A DNA stretch of 64,000 bases from Minisyncoccota bacterium. Its GTDB lineage: Bacteria; Patescibacteriota; Minisyncoccia; Phycocordibacterales; UBA918. Below the pieces are notes generated by a model, which saw only the letters and a list, made by a program, of their open reading frames with translations, had not been told where the DNA came from and ran no database searches. The translations under genes and the position numbers were made by a program. The DNA is taken from the NCBI GenBank assembly GCA_022841645.1, contig JALHRC010000002.1, positions 36,846-100,845 on the forward strand. The letters are read 5' to 3'. Below, piece by piece: positions 10,419-17,889 of this stretch (position 1 is the first letter of the stretch; each line of letters starts with the position of its first letter).

Positions 10419-10967
10419 ATGCCCCGTGGACATCTAATTACTATTGGAGTACTGCTTAGTATTGTTATCTGTGCGGGCTTTTTGACCTGGTGGTGGTATG
10501 CCGCCGAACAAGCCGCTGAGCGGAGTGTCGTCGATGATGTCTTGTGGGGTGAATCAGTTGCTCATGTCTATACTGATATTGAGGGAAGAGAGGTTGACCT
10601 TCAATTGTATGAAAACCAAATCGTTATCGCTACCGTATGGGCCAGCTGGTGCCCACAGTGCGCTGGTGAGCTTCAATTACTCGATCGAGTCGCAAAAGAG
10701 CAGGGAGATGGCCAGGTGGTCGTCTTGGCCCTTAACCGTCACGAGCCAAAAGAACAGGCGCAGCGTTTCCTTGCTACACTCCCAGCACTTTCGCACACGA
10801 CCCTAATCCTTGATCAGGAGGACCACTACTTTAAGGCTGTACAGGGATACGCTATGCCCGAAACCATTTTTTACAACGCTGCCGGTGAAATTGTCTTTCA
10901 CAAGCGAGGTAACTTAACTGAGGATGAAGCCAAGAATGCTTTGATGAGTGCTCGGAGCGCACCGTAG
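10419..10967 (+). CDS. TlpA/ResA-like thioredoxin-fold thiol-disulfide oxidoreductase (membrane-anchored)
   Basis: N-terminal TM. WASWCPQCAGE (WCxxC) active site in a roughly 140-aa thioredoxin-like domain. Confidence 0.8.
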   Translation: MPRGHLITIGVLLSIVICAGFLTWWWYAAEQAAERSVVDDVLWGESVAHVYTDIEGREVDLQLYENQIVIATVWASWCPQCAGELQLLDRVAKEQGDGQVVVLALNRHEPKEQAQRFLATLPALSHTTLILDQEDHYFKAVQGYAMPETIFYNAAGEIVFHKRGNLTEDEAKNALMSARSAP

Positions 10968-11013
10968 CTCCCGCCCGCCGTGAGGTAGGGAAGGATGGAA
11001 AGCACTTGCAATC

Positions 11014-11033
11014 GTATAGCATATATGCTATAC
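11014..11033. repeat. 20-bp perfect palindrome GTATAGCATATATGCTATAC (CATATATG core), followed by the short tandem repeat tagtagtagtatag
   Basis: Read directly from the sequence. It lies in the 400-nt gap between the TlpA-like gene and the AI-2E transporter. One of three palindromes in the window that share this core. Confidence 0.6.
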
Positions 11034-11369
11034 TAGTAGTAGTATAGTTCGCTCGCAAAGAAGGTGGCGCGACCCGGCATCATTACATGCGCTCATGTCA
11101 TCGTCAGACATGAGTTTCGGATCGCAACCACCACTTCTATGCGCAGCGCAATTGGGTTCTTGATCATTCTATGGGGGCTTGCACACTTTTTTTCAACCGC
11201 ATTCTCGCAGCTTGAGACCACTGCCACGTCAGCGCTGCAAACAATTGCAGTGGCGGCCGAAGTCTCGCGCGAAGCCATGCTTGAAACCAAGTAGCCCTCC
11301 TATCCACCCGACCACTGCATCAGCAGTGGTCTTGTTGCCTATGGAGGTGTTACTATAGGTGAACGTTGT

Positions 11370-12434
11370 ATGCCCAACCTTCGACAGGTCATTGAGTATG
11401 TGTTCTTCTTCGCACTCCTTCTAGCCGCCGGCTACATGGTGTGGCTGATAGTCGCACCATTTTTCTCAGCCTTGGCCCTCGCGCTTATTATAGTGATTAT
11501 TTGCTATCCACTCTACGAGCGTATTTTAAAAGTTACCCCACGCCAAAATCGTACACTGGCTTCACTTCTCACAACTCTGCTAGTGATCGTGGTCGTAGTT
11601 TTGCCGATTACACTTATTTCCTCCACGCTGGTGCGAGAAGCGGTCACCTTTTACCAAAGTATCGGTACGGGTGAAGATCTTGCCATTGAGCAGTACGCTA
11701 GTGACTTTGAGATGATGGTGCAGCGTTACATTCCTGAGTTTGAGCTCAATATTACTGACCAGCTCCGCCAAAGCGCTGCCTGGCTTACCCGCAATCTTGG
11801 TGCTATCTTTGCCGGCACGGTTTCGACACTCTTTGTCTTTTTCATTGCGCTCATAGGCTCTTTCTATTTCTTCCGAGACGGACGGGAGTTTGTAAAACTG
11901 CTCATAAAAATCAGCCCGCTCCCCGAGCAAGAAGACAGTGTTATCATGGCTCGGCTTGTGCAGGCAGTACGCTCGGTGGTGACCGGCACAGTTTTGATTG
12001 CGCTCATCCAGGGCACTTTGGCTGCGATTGGATTTACGATTTTTGGAGTGCCACAGGCAGTCCTGTGGGGTTCGTTGGCTGCCGTTGGTGCCCTCATTCC
12101 TGGCATTGGCACAACCGTGGTTATAGTCCCGGCAATGGTGTACCTTTTTGCAACTGGTGAGCCTGGTAGCGCAATTGGCCTTCTTATCTGGGGTGCAGTG
12201 GTAGTGGGCACCATCGATAATTTTCTCGGCCCTTATCTCATGAGTCGTGGCAACAAACTTCATCCATTCATAACGCTCATATCTGTCCTTGGAGGTATGG
12301 CGCTGTTTGGGCCCATTGGCTTTATCATCGGCCCTGTCATCATGGTGCTGTTTATGGTGCTTCTTGAAATCTATCACCAGTATGTAGTAAGAAGTGAGCG
12401 ACCACTGGTTGGCCTCGATGATATGCCCTCTTAA
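11370..12434 (+). CDS. AI-2E family transporter (PerM/UPF0118-type permease)
   Basis: 354 aa, about 8 predicted TM helices. The N-terminal pattern (VWLIVAPFFSALALALIIVIICYPLY..) and overall topology are typical of AI-2E family proteins. Confidence 0.75.
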   Translation: MPNLRQVIEYVFFFALLLAAGYMVWLIVAPFFSALALALIIVIICYPLYERILKVTPRQNRTLASLLTTLLVIVVVVLPITLISSTLVREAVTFYQSIGTGEDLAIEQYASDFEMMVQRYIPEFELNITDQLRQSAAWLTRNLGAIFAGTVSTLFVFFIALIGSFYFFRDGREFVKLLIKISPLPEQEDSVIMARLVQAVRSVVTGTVLIALIQGTLAAIGFTIFGVPQAVLWGSLAAVGALIPGIGTTVVIVPAMVYLFATGEPGSAIGLLIWGAVVVGTIDNFLGPYLMSRGNKLHPFITLISVLGGMALFGPIGFIIGPVIMVLFMVLLEIYHQYVVRSERPLVGLDDMPS

Positions 12435-12442
12435 GCGCTTTT

Positions 12443-12877
12443 ATGTTTGATCGAAAGCACATCGAACGACTCCTCGCAATCAATGGGGTTTTACCAACTG
12501 CATCCGACGACGAGATCAGAGAGGCTTTATTTGGTGCGCATTACCGTGAAGATGAGGCGACGTTGGCTCTCGCGGTACTTCGTGAGTCAAGCGTAGTATC
12601 ACAAAAAAGTGACGGTGCTGAAAAACTTGTGCACACTGACGGCGTACTTAATCCAAAGGAAATTTCGGCGCTACTTGGGATTGATGTGAGTGTTAAGCCT
12701 CTCAGTCGCCCAGACACACGTCGCGAGCAGGTTAGTCTGAGCAGTGCTCATCACTTGGTGATCTGGCTTTTAGCCATCGCAGCATCCCTTACGGGTGTAG
12801 TGCTTGCTATGTACTTGCTTGAGTTTGGCATTTTTCACCCTACAACAGCTGGGTTTATGTATGAGTGGGGAGACTGA
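12443..12877 (+). CDS. Hypothetical protein with a C-terminal TM helix
   Basis: 144-aa ORF. C-terminal TM LVIWLLAIAASLTGVVLAMYLL. Confidence 0.45.
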   Translation: MFDRKHIERLLAINGVLPTASDDEIREALFGAHYREDEATLALAVLRESSVVSQKSDGAEKLVHTDGVLNPKEISALLGIDVSVKPLSRPDTRREQVSLSSAHHLVIWLLAIAASLTGVVLAMYLLEFGIFHPTTAGFMYEWGD

Positions 12878-13964
12878 GTGCGTGCGGTACCTGCGCCCAC
12901 TTGCACTGTTGTGCGCCTTTCTCTCGGCTGGTGCTCTCTGGTCGTACACGAGCACGGTGTATTCGCCCGTGGCGCCATTATTGCTAGCGCCGTCTGTGAC
13001 AGAGCCACATGCGATGGCTGAAGTTACGGGAACAACTACGCTGTGGTTTTTGGGCGACGTAATGCTCTCACGACAAGTTGGTCGTTTCGCTCGTGAGCGC
13101 TCTCCTGATTATCCATGGCAGCGCATCAATGGAACTTTTGCCGAGGCGTATGTAATTGCTAATTTCGAATCCTGCCTTTCAAAAACGCAAACGTTCTCGA
13201 ACGAAGCACAGCTGCGCTTTCCGGTTGACCCAAGTTTAGTGTCGAGTATACAGCGCGCTGGTGTGACGCACGTCTCGCTCGCCAACAACCACAGTCTCGA
13301 TTGTGGACCGGCTGATTATCAATACACAAAAGCAGCTATGGCCAGTTCTGGAATAGTCGCCTTTGGTCATGGTGTCCGTACCGACAGTGAAAGTGTTACC
13401 TATATTGAAATAGGGACGTCCACCGTTGCCCTTATCGGCATACACACGCTATTTGTCTCTCCTGATCTTTCTAGCTTGCGCACGCTACTTACACAAACAG
13501 ACTTGAAAAGTGACTTTCAGATTGTCTACATACATTGGGGCAATGAGTATGAACTTGTAAGCAGTCGCGCCCAGCAGACGCTGGCTACCGAGCTAGTAGC
13601 TGCCGGCGCCGATCTCATAGTTGGCCACCATCCACACGTCGTACAGGAAATTGGACTGATTAACGGTGTGCCAGTTGTGTACTCACTTGGCAACTTTATT
13701 TTCGACCAATACTTTAGCGTGGAAGTGCAACGCGGACTCATGCTAAAGCTCGAGTGGTTACCCACCCCCACACTATCCCTTCACCCCATCACCAGTGCTG
13801 ACTCGCGCACCCAACCGCGCTCTATGACCGCAGATGAAAGAGTAGAATTTTTGAAGAGTGTAGCATTGCGTAGCGATCCAATGCTACGTAGCTACGTGGC
13901 GGTCGGCGTGCTACCGCTTCATCTACTTGCAACATCCTCAAAAAGCGCTATTATTGTGCAATAA
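12861..13964 (+). CDS. CapA/PgsA-family metallophosphatase (poly-gamma-glutamate biosynthesis CapA-like), stand-alone
   Basis: Motifs LWFLGDVMLSR, IHWGNEY, DLIVGHHPHVVQEI, YSLGNFIFDQ. The start is ambiguous among 12804, ATG 12861 and GTG 12882, which lies just after the upstream stop. N-terminal signal-like segment. Confidence 0.7.
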   Translation: MSGETECVRYLRPLALLCAFLSAGALWSYTSTVYSPVAPLLLAPSVTEPHAMAEVTGTTTLWFLGDVMLSRQVGRFARERSPDYPWQRINGTFAEAYVIANFESCLSKTQTFSNEAQLRFPVDPSLVSSIQRAGVTHVSLANNHSLDCGPADYQYTKAAMASSGIVAFGHGVRTDSESVTYIEIGTSTVALIGIHTLFVSPDLSSLRTLLTQTDLKSDFQIVYIHWGNEYELVSSRAQQTLATELVAAGADLIVGHHPHVVQEIGLINGVPVVYSLGNFIFDQYFSVEVQRGLMLKLEWLPTPTLSLHPITSADSRTQPRSMTADERVEFLKSVALRSDPMLRSYVAVGVLPLHLLATSSKSAIIVQ

Positions 13965-13974
13965 AAATGGTCAT

Positions 13975-14514
13975 ATGGTAAGTAAATTCGAAGCAATCGG
14001 GCTGGGGGCGAGCGTTATCTTAATGGCAGTAGCGCTGTACCTTTTGCGTGTGGAAACGACTATTTTGGGGGTAGCCACTTCAGGTGAGCAAACAGCAGCG
14101 GCACTGAGCACTGTGGTTGTAGAGGGCGATGGTACTACTGGCACAGCGCGTGTTGATGCACTGATGGATGCTGTCGACTCTCAAGGTCGTGTCACTCGCC
14201 TTGTTGTGGAAGACATCACTCCGGGCACTGGTGCTGAGGCAAAAGTAGGCGACACGCTTCTCGTGCACTATATTGGCACTCTTCAAGATGGCACGGAGTT
14301 TGATAATTCGCAGAAGCGGGGCGCTCCCTTTGCCGTCACTCTCGGTGAGGGTCGCGTCATCGCTGGTTGGGAACAGGGTCTTCTTGGTATGAAAGCTGGT
14401 GGACAGCGCATTTTGGTGATTCCAGCGTCGCTTGGCTACGGCGAGCGCGCCATGGGTCCTATCCCACCAAACTCCACGTTGGTCTTCTCCATTGAACTTG
14501 TGAGTATTGAGTGA
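13975..14514 (+). CDS. FKBP-type peptidyl-prolyl cis-trans isomerase with an N-terminal TM anchor
   Basis: C-terminal FKBP domain (GDTLLVHYIGTLQDGTEFDNS...GWEQGLLGMKAGGQRILVIPASLGYG). The ORF track starts at TTG 13927. The first ATG at 13975 follows the upstream stop at 13964. Confidence 0.8.
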   Translation: MVSKFEAIGLGASVILMAVALYLLRVETTILGVATSGEQTAAALSTVVVEGDGTTGTARVDALMDAVDSQGRVTRLVVEDITPGTGAEAKVGDTLLVHYIGTLQDGTEFDNSQKRGAPFAVTLGEGRVIAGWEQGLLGMKAGGQRILVIPASLGYGERAMGPIPPNSTLVFSIELVSIE

Positions 14515-15722
14515 TGACTGATCGACCTGTTACATTTGAAACTATAAAGCAAAAGCCCGGGAGTCTCGCCCGGGCTGGTGTTATTCATACCCCGCATGGC
14601 GACATTGAAACACCGGCTTTTGTGGCTGTGGGCACGCGTGGCACTATCAAGTCTTTAAAGCCATCTGACCTAGAAGAGCACGTGGGCATACAAGCAATTA
14701 TTTCGAACACCTACCATCTTTTTCTCCAGCCTGGTCACGAGTTGATCAAGACCGCTGGTGGGATTCATACATTTGCCAACTGGAAGACACCTACGATGAC
14801 CGACTCGGGCGGTTTCCAAGTATTTTCTCTGGGGGCTGCCTTTGGTAAAGGGGTGACTAAGTTTGCCAAAGGTGATCTCGAGGCGACTGAGCAGTATCAC
14901 GGCCTCAATGTCTACACCAAGGAGCTAGCGAGCGTCCATGGCAAGCTCTGCATTGTTGACGAAGATGGGGTAACCTTCACCTCTCACATCGACGGCAGTA
15001 TGCACCGCTTCACCGCCGAGCGCTCGATTGAAATTCAACACGCCATCGGTGCCGATATTATCGTGGCGTTTGATGAATGCACCAGTCCTACGGCCGACTA
15101 TGCCTACCAAAAGGAAGCGATGGACCGTACGCACCGTTGGGCCAAGCGCAGTATCAGCGCTCACCGTCTCAACTATGAGGCGCAAAAGAAGCAAGGGCTC
15201 TACGGTGTCGTGCAGGGAGGGCGACATTTTGACCTTCGCGCGGAAAGCGCCCGCACCTTAGCCGCTATGGACTTTGACGGTTATGGTATTGGCGGTTGTT
15301 TCAGTAAGGATGATCTTGGTGAGGCACTACGCGTAGTGAATGAAAACTTGCCCGAGGATAAACCCCGTCACCTTTTAGGCATTGGCGAACCGGAAGACAT
15401 TATAGAAGGGGTGGCCATGGGCTGCGATACCTTTGACTGCGTTGCGCCGACGCGCCTGGCGCGCACCGGTACTATTTATATCCACACGAGTGAAGGGCCC
15501 AAGAAAATTAGCCTCAAGGGTGAGAAGTATAAATACGACCTCTCACCACTCGATGAATCGCTCAATTGTGAAATCAGCCGCACCACTACCAAGGCCTATC
15601 TCTCGCACCTCTTCCGCAGCCATGAGATGCTCGCGGCGCACCTGGCGTCCATTCACAACCTTCATTTTATTGTTAACTTTACTAAGCGGTTACGCGAAAA
15701 TTTGCTTTCTGGTACACTTTAA
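14511..15722 (+). CDS. tgt: Queuine tRNA-ribosyltransferase (tRNA-guanine transglycosylase)
   Basis: Motifs DSGGFQVFSLG, HLLGIGEPEDII and the N-terminal GVIHTPHGDIETPAFVAVGT. The usual CxCxxC...H zinc-site residues are only partly retained. Confidence 0.8.
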   Translation: MMTDRPVTFETIKQKPGSLARAGVIHTPHGDIETPAFVAVGTRGTIKSLKPSDLEEHVGIQAIISNTYHLFLQPGHELIKTAGGIHTFANWKTPTMTDSGGFQVFSLGAAFGKGVTKFAKGDLEATEQYHGLNVYTKELASVHGKLCIVDEDGVTFTSHIDGSMHRFTAERSIEIQHAIGADIIVAFDECTSPTADYAYQKEAMDRTHRWAKRSISAHRLNYEAQKKQGLYGVVQGGRHFDLRAESARTLAAMDFDGYGIGGCFSKDDLGEALRVVNENLPEDKPRHLLGIGEPEDIIEGVAMGCDTFDCVAPTRLARTGTIYIHTSEGPKKISLKGEKYKYDLSPLDESLNCEISRTTTKAYLSHLFRSHEMLAAHLASIHNLHFIVNFTKRLRENLLSGTL

Positions 15723-15737
15723 AGATTCGTAATTGCT

Positions 15738-17816
15738 GTGCTGCAGGAATCGCTAGTCATGTTTAAAATCTCCACTGAAAAAACACCGGCTGGTGACCAG
15801 CCAAAGGCGATTGAGGCCCTCATAAAGGGTGTTGAAGCTGGACATGTGCACCAGACGCTTTTAGGTGTGACCGGCTCGGGTAAAACTTTTACCGCGGCTA
15901 ATGTCATTCAGCACGTCCAAAAGCCAACGCTCGTGATTGCCCACAATAAAACGCTAGCTGCTCAACTGGCGCAAGAGTACCGCGACTTCTTTCCTGAAAA
16001 TGCTGTGCACTATTTTGTCTCCTACTACGATTACTACCAGCCGGAGGCCTATATGCCGACTTCGGACACCTACATCGAGAAGGAAGCGATGATCAACGAA
16101 GAAATCGATCGTCTTCGTCACGCCTCTACGCAAGCACTGCTTACGCGGCAAGACGTGATCATTGTGGCCTCGGTCTCGTGTATTTACGGTCTTGGTTCAC
16201 CAAAAGAATACATGAAGGTACACCGCAAGATCGAGCGTGGCTACGAAACTACCCGCACTGACATGCTGCGGGTACTGGTTGATATGTACTTTGAACGTAC
16301 GAACGCCGACCTCACCCCTGGCCACTTCCGGGCGGTGGGTAACACGATTGAGATTATGCCTACCAACGAACGCACTATTTATCGCCTTGGCTTTGTGGGT
16401 AACCAAGTCTCTGAGATCACCCGTATCGACGGCATTACGAGGGCCATTATCGACGAGCCAGATGTCTTTTTTCTGTTTCCGGCCAAGCACTTTGTGACGC
16501 CTGAAGACGAACGTAAAGTAGCGATGGCCGATATAAAGCTCGAGCTCGATGAGCAGCTTAAGAAATTTAAAGCAGAAGGGAAGCTTCTCGAGGCCGAACG
16601 GCTACGCCGCCGTACCGAACACGACCTGGCGCTTATCCGCGAGGTGGGGTATTGCAATGGTATCGAAAATTATTCGCGCCATTTTGATCGCCGTCAGCCA
16701 GGTGAGGCACCGTACACGTTGCTGTCCTACTTTCCACACACCAAGGACGGAAAGCCAGACTTTCTCACCATTATCGACGAGTCACACGTCACTATTCCAC
16801 AGATTGGCGGTATGTACGCTGGTGATCGCTCGCGTAAGGATACGCTTGTAGAGCACGGCTTTCGCCTGCCGAGCGCAATCGACAACCGCCCGCTCAATTT
16901 CGCTGAGTTTGAAGAGCGGGTAGGGCAGCGCATTTATACATCAGCCACTCCGGGAAAATACGAATACGCCCAAGCAGAAAAAACTCAGGTGCCCATGGTC
17001 GAGCAAATCATTCGCCCGACCGGGCTTATCGACCCCGAAATCGATATGCGACCCGTCACTGAAAAGGGCACCTACCCGGGACAGATCAAGGATTTTATTG
17101 AAGAGGCAGTAAAGGTAATCAAAGGTGGTGCTCGAGTACTTACCACCACCCTCACCAAAAAAATGGCCGAGGATTTGGCTGAGTTCCTTTCCGAGCGAAA
17201 TATTAAAACCAAGTACATCCACAGCGATGTTGATACTCTCGAGCGCATTGAAATTCTCACCGACTTCCGCAAGGGGGTGTTCGATTGCTTGGTGGGCGTC
17301 AACCTGTTGCGCGAAGGGCTCGATCTCCCCGAAGTGGAACTGGTCGCTATTCTTGATGCCGACAAGGAAGGTTTTTTGCGTAGCCCGACAGCGCTCATCC
17401 AAACTATCGGTCGGGCAGCCCGTAATGTACGTGGGCGCGTGGTGCTGTACGCCGACGAAATGACAGCCGCCCTCACGTACGCAGTGTCAGAAACCAATCG
17501 TCGCCGCTCGCTCCAGCTGGCGTATAACGAGAAGCACGGCATCACCCCCACAACAATTGCTAAGGAAATTAAATCAATTGCTGACCAATTACGCACAGAG
17601 CACGATGAAACAATCGACACGCTCCTTAAGGTTGATATGGCGCTCTTCGAGGAGAATCCAAAGGCAGTAATGGCTGACAAACGTCGGCAAATGGAGGAGG
17701 CGGTAGCAATTTTAGACTTTGAAACCGCCGCTATCATTCGCGATGAGATAAAAGTCCTCGAAGAATCGCAAAAAGGGAAGAAGGGCAGGGGCAAAGTACC
17801 TCGTCGCAAAAAATAA
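15738..17816 (+). CDS. uvrB: Excinuclease ABC subunit B
   Basis: Walker A TGSGKTFTAANVI. The UvrB beta-hairpin region YFVSYYDYYQPEAYMP. Helicase motifs. C-terminal UvrBC interaction segment (DFETAAIIRDEI). Confidence 0.9.
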   Translation: MLQESLVMFKISTEKTPAGDQPKAIEALIKGVEAGHVHQTLLGVTGSGKTFTAANVIQHVQKPTLVIAHNKTLAAQLAQEYRDFFPENAVHYFVSYYDYYQPEAYMPTSDTYIEKEAMINEEIDRLRHASTQALLTRQDVIIVASVSCIYGLGSPKEYMKVHRKIERGYETTRTDMLRVLVDMYFERTNADLTPGHFRAVGNTIEIMPTNERTIYRLGFVGNQVSEITRIDGITRAIIDEPDVFFLFPAKHFVTPEDERKVAMADIKLELDEQLKKFKAEGKLLEAERLRRRTEHDLALIREVGYCNGIENYSRHFDRRQPGEAPYTLLSYFPHTKDGKPDFLTIIDESHVTIPQIGGMYAGDRSRKDTLVEHGFRLPSAIDNRPLNFAEFEERVGQRIYTSATPGKYEYAQAEKTQVPMVEQIIRPTGLIDPEIDMRPVTEKGTYPGQIKDFIEEAVKVIKGGARVLTTTLTKKMAEDLAEFLSERNIKTKYIHSDVDTLERIEILTDFRKGVFDCLVGVNLLREGLDLPEVELVAILDADKEGFLRSPTALIQTIGRAARNVRGRVVLYADEMTAALTYAVSETNRRRSLQLAYNEKHGITPTTIAKEIKSIADQLRTEHDETIDTLLKVDMALFEENPKAVMADKRRQMEEAVAILDFETAAIIRDEIKVLEESQKGKKGRGKVPRRKK

Positions 17817-17889
17817 GCCGCCACTCTAGGCAAAAGTTATCGACAGCGCGCGACATTTAGGGTCGCGCTTAGAGCTATACTGTACACAA

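Noticed and set aside
10968-11369. Possible structured ncRNA (SRP-RNA-like GGAAGGA...AGCA stretch and several hairpins) in the 400-nt gap before the AI-2E gene
   Set aside because: The similarity to SRP RNA domain IV is only a few nucleotides and the symmetric-loop and GNRA features are not recognisable. It cannot be supported without a covariance-model search. The 76-aa ORF 11064-11294 has no supporting signal either.
11580-12377. 265-aa minus-strand ORF opposite the AI-2E transporter, and 116-aa ORF 11864-12214
   Set aside because: Fully antisense to a multi-TM transporter with clear family features. Its His/Lys/Arg-rich low-complexity translation is typical of an antisense artefact.
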